A DNA stretch of 56,172 nt from Bacilli bacterium (GTDB lineage Bacteria > Bacillota_I > Bacilli_A > RF39 > UBA660): positions 1 through 56,172 of the forward strand of contig JAGBAW010000001.1 in the NCBI GenBank assembly GCA_017938725.1, in the 5' to 3' direction. Shown one piece after another: positions 32,563-43,221 of the stretch. A model generated the notes under the pieces. The model searched no databases, was not told where the DNA came from, and was given only the letters and a program-made list of their open reading frames with translations. The position numbers and the translations under genes were made by a program. Every line of letters starts with the position of its first letter. Positions within the stretch are counted from its first letter, which is position 1.

Positions 32563-32578
32563 TGTTCCACGTGGAACA
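32563..32578. promoter_or_regulatory. parS site 3
   Basis: TGTTCCACGTGGAACA inside a 26-bp palindrome at 32558-32583. Confidence 0.92.
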
Positions 32579-32633
32579 TTACTTATTTTTTTAAAAATAT
32601 GTTATAATTATAGAGATTTATAAAGGAGGTTAT

Positions 32634-34280
32634 ATGGAATATCAAGCATTATATAGAAAATATAGACCAAAAACATTTGAAGATGTCTATGGCCAAAAAA
32701 TAGTGGTTCAAACTTTAAAAAATGTAATTAAAAATAATAAATTGACCCATGCTTATTTATTCGTAGGACCCCGAGGTACAGGTAAAACAAGCATAGCTAA
32801 AATATTTGCTAAAACAATAAATTGTTTAAATCCAAAGGAAGGCATTTCATGTGAGCAATGTGAAATATGTAAAAATATAAATAACAATGAAAATATAGAT
32901 ATTATTGAGATGGATGCAGCATCTAATAATGGTGTGGATGAAATAAGAGAAATTAAAAATCATGTGACATTATTACCAACAACTTCAAAATATAAAATAT
33001 ATATAATTGATGAAGTACATATGCTTACAACAGGTGCTTTTAATGCATTACTAAAAACATTAGAAGAACCGCCAAAACATGTTATTTTTATATTAGCAAC
33101 TACTGAACCACATAAAATTCCATTAACAATTATTTCTAGATGTCAATCGTTTGAGTTTAAACCAATCCCTAAAAATATAATAAAGGAAAGATTGAAGTAT
33201 ATATGCGAAAAAGAAAATATAATTATAGATGAAGAATCATTAGATTTAATAGCACTTGACTCAAATGGGGGTATGAGAGATGCAATTGGGTTATTAGATC
33301 AATTAAATGCATATTCAAATGGAAATATAAAATATGATGATGTATTGTTATTAAATGGTAGAATTTCAACAGAAGATATTAAAAAAATATTTATTAATAT
33401 AAAAGAAAAACAATTAAAAAAAGTATTTGATATAATTGAAAATTTTGAAAATTCTGGCAAAAATTTTGCCTATATAAGTGAAGATATAATAAAATTATTA
33501 AGAAATGAATTGGTAACCTATAAAACTGATGGTAAATCAGAAACTATAGATATCATAGATAACGAAAAAATACTTGAGGTAATAAACTTAATAAATAAAT
33601 CAATAAATGATATCAAAAATTCAAAGGATAAAAAAATATTCTTTGATATAATGATATTAAAAATTTATGAAATTATTAATAAAAATCAAACAAACGTTCT
33701 ATATAATAATACGATTAATGCTTCAAATGTACAAAAAAATGATGAAAAAATTAAAATAGAAGTTAATAAAACAGATGGTAATAATATAATAAATAATGAA
33801 GAAACTCAAAGCTTAGATTTATATGAAGAATTAATGAACATTAGATTAAATAATATTTTATCCGCAGCAAATAAGGAAAAGATGATTGAATATAAGGAAA
33901 AAATATTAAAACTAGATAGTGAGGTATCTAATCTAGATCAATTAAGAGTTATTAATTCACTAATGGAATGTGAGGTTAAAGCTGGATCTGAAAATGGAAT
34001 TGTATTAACAACTGATATAAAAAATTTACTTAATGATTTGTGGAAAGATTTTATTATTATAGATGATATGATATCTGAAGTGATTGGAAGAAAAATTAAA
34101 ATATGCATTTTACTAAATGAAGTTTGGCTAGAAAAAAGAATGATTTATGTGGATAAAATAAAAAGAAAAGAAAAAATTCAGATATTAGATGAAACAGAAA
34201 TAGTTAAAAAAATTAATAGTGCTAATAATAAAGAATTCGATGATGAATTTTCTGAATTATTAGAAATTGGAGGAGAATAA
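32634..34280 (+). CDS. dnaX: DNA polymerase III gamma/tau
   Basis: LYRKYRP, GPRGTGKT, IIDEVHML and SRC motifs. Confidence 0.98.
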   Translation: MEYQALYRKYRPKTFEDVYGQKIVVQTLKNVIKNNKLTHAYLFVGPRGTGKTSIAKIFAKTINCLNPKEGISCEQCEICKNINNNENIDIIEMDAASNNGVDEIREIKNHVTLLPTTSKYKIYIIDEVHMLTTGAFNALLKTLEEPPKHVIFILATTEPHKIPLTIISRCQSFEFKPIPKNIIKERLKYICEKENIIIDEESLDLIALDSNGGMRDAIGLLDQLNAYSNGNIKYDDVLLLNGRISTEDIKKIFINIKEKQLKKVFDIIENFENSGKNFAYISEDIIKLLRNELVTYKTDGKSETIDIIDNEKILEVINLINKSINDIKNSKDKKIFFDIMILKIYEIINKNQTNVLYNNTINASNVQKNDEKIKIEVNKTDGNNIINNEETQSLDLYEELMNIRLNNILSAANKEKMIEYKEKILKLDSEVSNLDQLRVINSLMECEVKAGSENGIVLTTDIKNLLNDLWKDFIIIDDMISEVIGRKIKICILLNEVWLEKRMIYVDKIKRKEKIQILDETEIVKKINSANNKEFDDEFSELLEIGGE

Positions 34281-34282
34281 TT

Positions 34283-34576
34283 ATGAATATGAATATGATA
34301 ATGCAACAAGCAAAAAAAATGCAAAAGAATATGGAAAAAGCTAAAGATGAAGTAAGCAAAATGACATTTACTGCTTCACAGCCCTTAGTGGAAGTTACTA
34401 TAAATGGTGATAAGAAAGTAACAAATATAAAATTAAATAAAGATATTACATCAGATGATATTGAAGTATTAGAAGATATGATTTTAATTGCAACAAACGA
34501 AGCATTAGATAAGGCATCAAAGGCAATGAAAGATAAAATGGGTAACGTTGGATCAGGACTAGAAGGTCTATTTTAA
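34283..34576 (+). CDS. ybaB: YbaB/EbfC nucleoid-associated protein
   Basis: MQQAKKMQ...LEDMILIA.NEAL; between dnaX and recR. Confidence 0.94.
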   Translation: MNMNMIMQQAKKMQKNMEKAKDEVSKMTFTASQPLVEVTINGDKKVTNIKLNKDITSDDIEVLEDMILIATNEALDKASKAMKDKMGNVGSGLEGLF

Positions 34577-35175
34577 TGAAATATCCACAGAGTTTACAAC
34601 AGTTAATTGAATGCTTTAAAATGTTACCTGGAATAGGAGAAAAAAATGCTGAAAGACTTTCCTTTGCTGTGTTAAAATTTGATGATGATCAAATAAAATG
34701 TTTTTCAGATACAATAAAAATGGTTAAGGAAAAAATAAAAAAATGCGAAGTATGTAATAATCTAACAGAAGAGGATAAATGTATAATATGTAAAGATTCA
34801 AGTAGAAATAGTGAAATATTATGTGTTGTTGAAAATACTAAAAATCTAATATTATTTGAAAAGGCAAATGTATTTAATGGGAAATATCATGTGTTAGAAG
34901 GTTTAATATCTCCACTAGAAGGTATAAATCCAGAAGATATTAAAATAAATCAATTAATTAATAGAATAAAGGAAGAACATATTAAGGAAGTTATACTTGC
35001 TCTTACGCCTAGTATTGAAGGTGAGACAACATCAGCATATATTTTGAAAATGCTTGAGGGATATGATGTATCTATTACTAAAATAGCATCTGGTATTCCA
35101 GTTGGGGCTGATATGGAATATCTTGATCCTCTAACAATACAAAGAGCTATGGAAGGAAGAAATAAAATTTCATAA
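34576..35175 (+). CDS. recR: Recombination mediator RecR
   Basis: LPGIGEK, C4 zinc finger, TOPRIM EGETT and GIPVG motifs. Confidence 0.98.
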   Translation: MKYPQSLQQLIECFKMLPGIGEKNAERLSFAVLKFDDDQIKCFSDTIKMVKEKIKKCEVCNNLTEEDKCIICKDSSRNSEILCVVENTKNLILFEKANVFNGKYHVLEGLISPLEGINPEDIKINQLINRIKEEHIKEVILALTPSIEGETTSAYILKMLEGYDVSITKIASGIPVGADMEYLDPLTIQRAMEGRNKIS

Positions 35176-35215
35176 TATTATTTTTCTTTCATAATATATA
35201 TTGAGGTGGACAAGT

Positions 35216-35407
35216 ATGCTTAAATCAATATTAAAAATTATAAAAAAAATAATAATAAGTATAATAGTACTTTATGGATATAATATGGTTACTCAATCCT
35301 TTAATTTAAATATACCAATAAATATTATTACTGTTGCAATAATGACAATATTTGATGGTTCAGGATTTTTGGGTTTAGTGACATTTTATTTATTAAATTT
35401 TAGATAG
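35216..35407 (+). CDS. bofA: Pro-sigmaK processing inhibitor BofA
   Basis: Small hydrophobic protein with IPINIIT motif downstream of recR; sigmaE-like promoter upstream. Confidence 0.8.
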   Translation: MLKSILKIIKKIIISIIVLYGYNMVTQSFNLNIPINIITVAIMTIFDGSGFLGLVTFYLLNFR

Positions 35408-35423
35408 TATGGTGGTGATAAAT

Positions 35424-36353
35424 ATGCTTGATAAATATTATAATGATCAAGAAGTAGTTACTAAACTTCTTAAAAAAAGTTTAACGAATAATAAATTAGT
35501 ACAAGCATATTTATTTTGCTGTGATGATATAGAATATATATTTAATTATGCAAAAGATTTTGCTAAGGAAATAATAAATTTATCAGGAATACAGAAAGAA
35601 GTACTTAAAAATATATTTGATAGAATTGATAAAGAACAATATACGGAGTTAAAAATTGTAACTCCAAATGGGAATTTTATTAAAAAGGAACAATTGATTG
35701 AGCTTCAAAACAGTGTTGTTAATAAACCTACTGAGGGAAATAAAATAATTTATATAATAAAGAATTGTGAAAAACTAAATTCTTCCTCAGCAAATTCTAT
35801 TCTTAAATTTTTAGAAGAACCTGCTGATGATATAATAGCAATACTTCTTACAGATAATATAAATATGGTTATGGATACAATAAAATCTAGATGCCAGATT
35901 TTAAATTTTAATAATGTTAAAAGTAGAGAGTCAGAATCCAATAAGTTAAAAAAGTACATTATAAATGAAAATAATCAAAAAAATGATGAAGAATTGGATA
36001 GTATTATTTCTTCATCATTTGATATAATAGTATCAATAGAAAATAAAGGAAAAAATACTTTTATTTATATGAAAAAGTTGATTTGGGATATTTATAAAAC
36101 AAATGATGATATATTACTTTTATTTAATATAATGCTATATTTATACACTGATGCATTATACATGAAACTAGGCAAAAATGTTAATTACATGGCTAGTTAT
36201 GAAGATAAGGTAAGTTTTATTGATAATAAAAATAGTGTAGATAGTATAGTAAATAAAATATGTATAATTGAAAGCTTAAAAAATGAACTAAAGGTTAATG
36301 TAAATAATAAATTACTTTTTGATAAAATGGTTATAGAATTAAGTGAGGTATAA
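35424..36353 (+). CDS. holB: DNA polymerase III delta-prime
   Basis: QAYLF, SANSILKFLEEP and TIKSRCQ motifs; upstream of yaaT/ricT. Confidence 0.9.
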   Translation: MLDKYYNDQEVVTKLLKKSLTNNKLVQAYLFCCDDIEYIFNYAKDFAKEIINLSGIQKEVLKNIFDRIDKEQYTELKIVTPNGNFIKKEQLIELQNSVVNKPTEGNKIIYIIKNCEKLNSSSANSILKFLEEPADDIIAILLTDNINMVMDTIKSRCQILNFNNVKSRESESNKLKKYIINENNQKNDEELDSIISSSFDIIVSIENKGKNTFIYMKKLIWDIYKTNDDILLLFNIMLYLYTDALYMKLGKNVNYMASYEDKVSFIDNKNSVDSIVNKICIIESLKNELKVNVNNKLLFDKMVIELSEV

Positions 36354-36354
36354 T

Positions 36355-37155
36355 ATGGAAGAAAGACAAGTTAATGTAGTAGGAGTTATTTTTAAAAAGT
36401 ATGGAAAAAAATATTACTTTGATTGCCATAATCTAAATTTGAAAAAAAATTTGACAGTTATTGTTGAAACAGAACGAGGATTGCAATTTGGTACTGTAAT
36501 AACTAATATAATAAAAATGCAAAAATCTAAAATACATTTTCCTTTAAAAAAAGTAATTAGAATATCTACAAAAAAAGATTATACAAATCATTTAAATAAC
36601 ATAAAAGATGAAAAGAAAGCATTTGAAAAATGTAATGAACTTATTAAAAAACATAATTTAGATATGAAACTCGTAGAGGTTAGTTATACTTTTGAGAGAA
36701 CTCAATTGTTTTTTACATTTATATCATCAGATAGAGTAGATTTTAGAGAACTTGCTAAAGATTTAGCAAAAATTTATAAGACAAGAATTGAACTTAGACA
36801 AATAGGACCAAGAGATAAGGCAAAAGAAATTGGAGGACTTGGCCCATGTGGAAGACCACTTTGTTGCTCATCTTACCTTTATACATTTGATAATATAACG
36901 ATAAATATGGCCAAAAATCAAAATATTGCATTAAATCCAGGAAAAATTAATGGAGAGTGTAATAGATTACTTTGTTGTTTATCATATGAAGATGAGGTAT
37001 ATTCTGAATTAAAAAAAACAATGCCCTCGATTGGTCAAATAATAAAGAAAGATGGAAAAGAAGGAAAAATAATATCAGTAGATGTATTTAAAAAGTCATA
37101 TAAAATTGAGACAAAAGAAAAGGAAATAATAGAAGTATTTGAACCATGGAAATAA
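36355..37155 (+). CDS. ricT: RicT/YaaT (PSP1 domain)
   Basis: RVDFRELAKDL, RIELRQIG.RD, GPCGRPLCC and RLLCCL.YE motifs. Confidence 0.95.
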   Translation: MEERQVNVVGVIFKKYGKKYYFDCHNLNLKKNLTVIVETERGLQFGTVITNIIKMQKSKIHFPLKKVIRISTKKDYTNHLNNIKDEKKAFEKCNELIKKHNLDMKLVEVSYTFERTQLFFTFISSDRVDFRELAKDLAKIYKTRIELRQIGPRDKAKEIGGLGPCGRPLCCSSYLYTFDNITINMAKNQNIALNPGKINGECNRLLCCLSYEDEVYSELKKTMPSIGQIIKKDGKEGKIISVDVFKKSYKIETKEKEIIEVFEPWK

Positions 37156-37865
37156 TAAATAGACTACTAAATTATAAAGATTTAAATATAGTACAAAATA
37201 CAGACTGGTTCAATTTTTCCTTAGACTCTGTTTTACTTTCTAATTTTGTTTCCATAAACAAAACCACAAAGAATATAATGGACTTTTGTACAGGAAATGC
37301 TCCAATTCCTCTAATTTTAAGTACAAAGACTAATTCTAATATAATTGGTGTGGAATTACAAAAAGAGGTATATGAGCTTGCAAAAAAGTCTGTTGAAATT
37401 AATAACTTACAAAATAGAATACAAATACTGAATATGAATATAAAAGATTTACCTAAATATTATGAAACAGATACATTTGATGTAATAACATGTAATCCTC
37501 CATTTTTTAAAGTAAATTCAGATTCTAAATTTAATAAAAACGATATAAAAACAGTTGCAAGACATGAAATAGAATTAAATTTAGGAGATATTTTTTCAAT
37601 AGCAAGAAAATTACTTAAAAATAATGGTGTTATTTCTATAGTACATAGGCCTGATCGTTTAATTGAAATAATAGAAACTATGAGAAAAAATAATATAGAA
37701 CCCAAAAAAGTAAGGTTTGTTTATCCCAAAATACATAGCGATTGTAATATAATATTAATTGAAGGAAGTAAAAACGGCAATCCAGGTTTAAAAATACTTC
37801 CACCATTATATGTACATGATAATGATGGTAAATATTTAGAAGAAATAGAAGAAATGTTTAAGTAG
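37146..37865 (+). CDS. yabB: tRNA1(Val) A37-N6 methyltransferase (YabB)
   Basis: FSLDSVLL, DFCTGN, CNPPFF, ARHE and HRPDRL motifs. Confidence 0.92.
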   Translation: MEIINRLLNYKDLNIVQNTDWFNFSLDSVLLSNFVSINKTTKNIMDFCTGNAPIPLILSTKTNSNIIGVELQKEVYELAKKSVEINNLQNRIQILNMNIKDLPKYYETDTFDVITCNPPFFKVNSDSKFNKNDIKTVARHEIELNLGDIFSIARKLLKNNGVISIVHRPDRLIEIIETMRKNNIEPKKVRFVYPKIHSDCNIILIEGSKNGNPGLKILPPLYVHDNDGKYLEEIEEMFK

Positions 37866-37875
37866 GGTGATAAAT

Positions 37876-38715
37876 ATGAGTCAAAAAAGTTATGATAAAA
37901 GCCCAAGTTTATATCTAATTCCAACACCAATAGGAAATATGGAAGATATAACAATAAGAGCTTTAAATATATTAAAAGAAGTAGATGTTATTTTTTCTGA
38001 GGATACTAGGGAAACATTAAAATTACTTAAATATTTTAATATAAATAAAAAATTAGTTTCATGTCATAAATTTAATGAAGATAAGGTATATGAAAAAGCA
38101 TTAGAATATTTAAAAGAAGGTAAAATGGTGGGATTAGTTACAGATAGAGGGACTCCTGTAATAAGTGATCCAGGATATGTTGTTTCATATAATGTAATAA
38201 AAGAAGGGTTTAATGTAATAGGACTTCCAGGTCCAACAGCATTTGTTCCTGCTTTAATTATGTCAGGATTAAATCCTAATCAATTTTTATTTTATGGTTT
38301 TTTAGATAGTAAAAAATCATCAAAGAAAAAACAACTAGAAGAATTAAAGTTAAATAAATATACAATAATATTTTATGAATCACCTTTTAGAGTTATAGAA
38401 ACATTAGAATTAATAAAAGATATTATGGGAGATAGAAATATAAGCATATCAAGAGAGATAAGTAAAAAATATGAAGAAATATATAGAGGAAAGGTCACAG
38501 AAGTATTAAAGGAATTAATCGAACCAAAAGGGGAATTTGTGATAGTCGTAGAAGGAAATAAAGATAAAGAATGTTATGATGATATCGATTTAGTTTCCCA
38601 TGTAAAAATACTTATTAAAGAAGGTATTAATGAAAAAGAAGCAATTAAAAAAGTTGCAAAATTACACGATTTAGAAAAAAATAAGGTATATATAGAGTAT
38701 CATGGAGGTAAATAA
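37876..38715 (+). CDS. rsmI: 16S rRNA C1402 2'-O-methyltransferase
   Basis: PTPIGNMEDIT, EDTR, GTPVISDPG and FYESP motifs. Confidence 0.97.
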   Translation: MSQKSYDKSPSLYLIPTPIGNMEDITIRALNILKEVDVIFSEDTRETLKLLKYFNINKKLVSCHKFNEDKVYEKALEYLKEGKMVGLVTDRGTPVISDPGYVVSYNVIKEGFNVIGLPGPTAFVPALIMSGLNPNQFLFYGFLDSKKSSKKKQLEELKLNKYTIIFYESPFRVIETLELIKDIMGDRNISISREISKKYEEIYRGKVTEVLKELIEPKGEFVIVVEGNKDKECYDDIDLVSHVKILIKEGINEKEAIKKVAKLHDLEKNKVYIEYHGGK

Positions 38716-39269
38716 TGAAGTTAATTGTAGGCTTAGGAAATCCAGGAAAAGAATATGAAAATACAAGACATAATGTAGGATTTGATGTAATAGATAAATA
38801 TACGCAGAATAAAAATATAACTTCTACTAAAACTAAATTTGATGGAGTATACTATGAAGAAATTATAAATAATGAGAAGATAATATTTTTAAAACCTCAA
38901 AAATATATGAATTTATCTGGTGAAGTTGTTAAAAAATATGTAGATTATTTTAAGATAAATATTCAAGATATATTAATAATTCATGATGATTTAGATCAGG
39001 AAATAGGAAAAATAAAATTAAAACAAAATAGTTCTTCTGGTGGACACAATGGTATTAAAAATATAGAACTTCATTTAAATACAAAACAATATAAAAGATT
39101 AAAAATAGGTATATCAAATAATAAAAGTATTGATACTAAAGACTTTGTTTTAGGTAAATTTAATAAAAAAGATAGAGAATTAATAGATAATTCCATAAAT
39201 ATATGTTTAAATATTATAGATGATTTTTTTATCTTAGATTTTGATAAACTTATGAATAAATATAATTAG
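38715..39269 (+). CDS. pth: Peptidyl-tRNA hydrolase
   Basis: VGLGNPG...TRHNVGF, HDDLD and GGHNG motifs. Confidence 0.98.
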   Translation: MKLIVGLGNPGKEYENTRHNVGFDVIDKYTQNKNITSTKTKFDGVYYEEIINNEKIIFLKPQKYMNLSGEVVKKYVDYFKINIQDILIIHDDLDQEIGKIKLKQNSSSGGHNGIKNIELHLNTKQYKRLKIGISNNKSIDTKDFVLGKFNKKDRELIDNSINICLNIIDDFFILDFDKLMNKYN

Positions 39270-39282
39270 ATTGGTGAAAATT

Positions 39283-42200
39283 ATGAAAATATTTAATGAC
39301 TTAATAAAAGTTGATGAAATAAATAATATAAGTATATCAGGGTTAACAAATCAGTTAATCTCTTTTTGCGTTAATAATATATATAATAAAAATAATAGAG
39401 ATATTTTATTATTAACTAACTCTTTATATGAGGCAAATACATATTATTCTTCATTATCAAAATTAAACAATAATGTATATTTATTTCCAATGGACGATTT
39501 TTTAACCAGTGAATCAATCGCAATATCCCCTGAATTAAAATCAATTAGAATAAGTACTTTGAATTCAATATCAAATAAAAATAATAATATTGTAATAACA
39601 AATCTGATGGGATTCTTAAGATACTTGCCTGAAAAAAAACTATGGCAGGATAGTATTATTAAGTTAATTAAAAATCAAAATATAAATAAAGAAGAACTAT
39701 ATAAAAAATTAGTATCAATAGGATATGAAAGCGATACACTTGTTAATAAAACTGGAGAGGTAGCAAATAGAGGCTATATTATAGATATATTTCCAATCAA
39801 TACTGAAAATCCAATAAGAATTGAATTTTGGGGTGATACCATTGAATCCATCAGATATTTTGATATAGAATCCCAAAGATCATTAAAAGAATTAGATGCC
39901 TGTGAAATAACTCCATATTCAGAATTTATAAATGAAAAAGGTATAGAAGAAATAGAAGATAAACAAAAATATTTACCCCATGTAGTAAAAGAAGTTAGCT
40001 CAATATTATCTTATTTAGATAAACCTATATTAATATATAAGGACTATAATCAACTTAAAAATGCATATTTAAACTTGCAAAAAGATATACTTGAATATAG
40101 TAACGGTAAAGAAGAATTATATAGTACAAACTATATGCATAATTTTTATGATTTAACATGTGAAAGTAATATATACTTACTAACAATAGACAATATACTA
40201 GATAATATAAAAGTATCTAAAAAATATAACTTTTCATCAAAATTACCTGATAAATTTGATTCAAATTTTTCATATCTTAATGAGTATTTAGAAAAATGTT
40301 TGTACAATAAAAAACAAGTAATTATATGCTTAAATGATGAAAATAAAATAAAAAATATAAAAAAATATTTAACTGTTTCATGTTCTATAACAACACTTGA
40401 TAATTTATCTACAAATAAAATAAATATTATTAAAGAAGATATAGACGAAGGCTTTGAGATAGGTAAATATGTAGTATTATGTGAAAATGAATTATATAAG
40501 GTAAGAAATAAAAATGTAAACTATAAAAATAAGTTTAAATATGGAACTAAAATTAATAATTTAGATAATTTAAAAATAGGTGATTATGTTGTACATTCAA
40601 ACCATGGTATAGGAATGTATACTGGTATTAAAACTTTAAATAAAAATGGAAATCAGAAGGATTATTTAGAAGTAGTTTATAAAGATAATGATAAGTTATA
40701 TATTCCTGTGGAAAAGATAGAACTTATAAGTAAATACTCATCGAATGAGGGAGTAATACCAAAAATAAATAAATTAGGTAGTGTAGAGTGGCAAAAAACA
40801 AAATTAAGAATAAGAAATAAAGTAAAAGATATAGCGGGAACTCTTATAAAAATCCAAGCACAAAGAAAAATGCAAAAGGGGTTTGCTTTTAAAAGAGATG
40901 AAGAAGAAGAAAAATTATTTGATGATGAATTTAAATATGAACCAACAGTTGATCAATTTATCGCAATTGATAAAATAAAATCATCAATGGAAAAAGAAAA
41001 TCCTATGGACATGCTTTTATGTGGAGATGTTGGATATGGTAAGACTGAAGTTGCATTTAGAGCAATGTTTAAAGCAGTAAATAGCGGAAAACAGGTTGCA
41101 TATTTATGTCCTACTACAATACTTTCATCTCAGCAATATAAAAGCGCACTTGAAAGGTTTAGTAACTTTGGTGTTACAATCGCACTTTTAAACAGATTTA
41201 CAACTACTAAAGAATATAAAGAAATTATAGATAAATTATCCACAGGGAAAATAGATATAATATTTGGTACTCATAGACTTTTAAATAATCAAATAAAATT
41301 TAAAGATCTAGGATTACTTATAATAGATGAGGAACAAAGATTTGGAGTTACTCATAAAGAAAAAATAAAAGAATATAAAAGTACAATTGATGTATTAACA
41401 CTAAGTGCAACACCAATACCAAGAACTCTTCAAATGTCACTTGTAGGAATAAGAGAACTTGCACTAATTGAAACTCCACCTGTAGATAGATACCCAATTC
41501 AAACATACGTTATAGAAGAAAGTGTACAAATAATAAGAGAAGCAATTTATAAAGAAATGTCTAGAGATGGTCAAATATTTATATTATTTAATAGTGTAGA
41601 ACACATTGAAGAAAAATTATATGAAATTCAAAAAATAGTTCCAGAAGCAAAAATAAGAATTGCTCATGGAAGAATGTCCAAAACTGAAATAGAGGATACT
41701 ATGATAAGTTTTATTAATAATGAATTTGATATTCTTTTATGCACAACTATAATAGAAACAGGTATAGATATACCAAATGTAAATACATTAATAATATATA
41801 ATGCTGATAGATTTGGTCTTAGCCAGTTATATCAAATAAGAGGAAGAGTAGGAAGAAGTAATAAAATAGCTTATGCATATTTGATGTATGCTCCTAATAA
41901 AACATTAAACGAGCTTGCTGTAAAAAGATTAAATGCTATTAAAGAATTTACTAATTTAGGAAGTGGATTTCAAATAGCAATGAGAGATTTATCAATAAGA
42001 GGTGCAGGGGATATATTAGGTAGCGAGCAAGCCGGTTTTATTGATACGGTAGGTTATGAATTATACGTTAAAATACTAAATGAAGAAGTTAATAAATTAA
42101 AAGGTATTAAATCAAAGGAAGAAATAAAAGAGGATGAAAAGTCGCTTGTTGAAGTAGAAAATCATATAAAGGACGAATATGTTAAAGATGAAGAATTAAA

Positions 42201-42588
42201 AATAGAATTGCATAAAAAAATAAATGAAATTGATAGTTATGAAAAATTGAATAAGGTTAAAAAAGAAATAGAAGATAGATTTGGTAAAATAGATGAAGAG
42301 TTAGAAATATATATGTATAGTGAGTTATTTGAAAATAGAGCAAGAAAACTTTCTATAACTAATATTAAACAGACAAATTTATATATCGAGATTATGTTTA
42401 CAGAAGAAGATATACATAAAATGAATGTAGATAAACTTTTTATGAATGTAAGTTTGATAACTACTAATTTTAAATTTGAATTTAAAAACGATAAATTATA
42501 TATTAAACTATTATTTCATGATTTAGAAAAGCATTTTATTTATTATTTAAATCAATTTATAGATGAAATAGAAAATATGATGGTATAA
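39283..42588 (+). CDS. mfd: Transcription-repair coupling factor
   Basis: GDYVVH..HGIG, GDVGYGKT, DEEQRFG and QIRGRVGR motifs. Confidence 0.98.
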   Translation: MKIFNDLIKVDEINNISISGLTNQLISFCVNNIYNKNNRDILLLTNSLYEANTYYSSLSKLNNNVYLFPMDDFLTSESIAISPELKSIRISTLNSISNKNNNIVITNLMGFLRYLPEKKLWQDSIIKLIKNQNINKEELYKKLVSIGYESDTLVNKTGEVANRGYIIDIFPINTENPIRIEFWGDTIESIRYFDIESQRSLKELDACEITPYSEFINEKGIEEIEDKQKYLPHVVKEVSSILSYLDKPILIYKDYNQLKNAYLNLQKDILEYSNGKEELYSTNYMHNFYDLTCESNIYLLTIDNILDNIKVSKKYNFSSKLPDKFDSNFSYLNEYLEKCLYNKKQVIICLNDENKIKNIKKYLTVSCSITTLDNLSTNKINIIKEDIDEGFEIGKYVVLCENELYKVRNKNVNYKNKFKYGTKINNLDNLKIGDYVVHSNHGIGMYTGIKTLNKNGNQKDYLEVVYKDNDKLYIPVEKIELISKYSSNEGVIPKINKLGSVEWQKTKLRIRNKVKDIAGTLIKIQAQRKMQKGFAFKRDEEEEKLFDDEFKYEPTVDQFIAIDKIKSSMEKENPMDMLLCGDVGYGKTEVAFRAMFKAVNSGKQVAYLCPTTILSSQQYKSALERFSNFGVTIALLNRFTTTKEYKEIIDKLSTGKIDIIFGTHRLLNNQIKFKDLGLLIIDEEQRFGVTHKEKIKEYKSTIDVLTLSATPIPRTLQMSLVGIRELALIETPPVDRYPIQTYVIEESVQIIREAIYKEMSRDGQIFILFNSVEHIEEKLYEIQKIVPEAKIRIAHGRMSKTEIEDTMISFINNEFDILLCTTIIETGIDIPNVNTLIIYNADRFGLSQLYQIRGRVGRSNKIAYAYLMYAPNKTLNELAVKRLNAIKEFTNLGSGFQIAMRDLSIRGAGDILGSEQAGFIDTVGYELYVKILNEEVNKLKGIKSKEEIKEDEKSLVEVENHIKDEYVKDEELKIELHKKINEIDSYEKLNKVKKEIEDRFGKIDEELEIYMYSELFENRARKLSITNIKQTNLYIEIMFTEEDIHKMNVDKLFMNVSLITTNFKFEFKNDKLYIKLLFHDLEKHFIYYLNQFIDEIENMMV

Positions 42589-42632
42589 AAGTTCCAAGTT
42601 TTCCCAAAATATAATTGTAGGGAGGAAAACTT

Positions 42633-43157
42633 ATGAAATCAACTGGAATAACAAGAAGAATTGATGATTTAGGTAGAATAGTAATTCCTAAAGAAATAAG
42701 AAAAAATTTAAAAATAAAGGAAAATGAAATATTAGAAATATTTATTGATAATGAAGAAATAATATTAAAAAAATATTCTTCATTTAGTGATATGGAGAAG
42801 GTATTATTTAACTTTGTTGATACATTATATAAAATTACAGGAAATAATATCTTTATAACTGATAGGGATAAAATAATAGCATGCCAAGAAAATAAAAAAC
42901 TTGATTATTTAAATAAAAATGTAGGAGATACTATTAACTATGTAATAGATAGTAGAATGCCAATTTTATCTAATGAAAAATCTGACTTGTATTTAAAGGA
43001 AAATGAATCATTAAATATAAATTATTATATAATTCCTATCATAACAAATAGTGATATACTAGGGGTAGTTGTTATGTTATCAAATAATAAAATAAATGAA
43101 GTAGATAAATTATCTTTAGAAATAGTATCAAAATTAATATCTAATTATATTGAATGA
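42633..43157 (+). CDS. spoVT: Stage V sporulation protein T
   Basis: AbrB-type N-domain RRIDDLGRIVIPKEIR plus GAF-like C-domain; follows mfd. Confidence 0.9.
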   Translation: MKSTGITRRIDDLGRIVIPKEIRKNLKIKENEILEIFIDNEEIILKKYSSFSDMEKVLFNFVDTLYKITGNNIFITDRDKIIACQENKKLDYLNKNVGDTINYVIDSRMPILSNEKSDLYLKENESLNINYYIIPIITNSDILGVVVMLSNNKINEVDKLSLEIVSKLISNYIE

Positions 43158-43221
43158 TACTAGAAAAAGATTCTAACATGTTATATAATATAGTTAGAAT
43201 TTTTTTATGGAGGTAATAATT

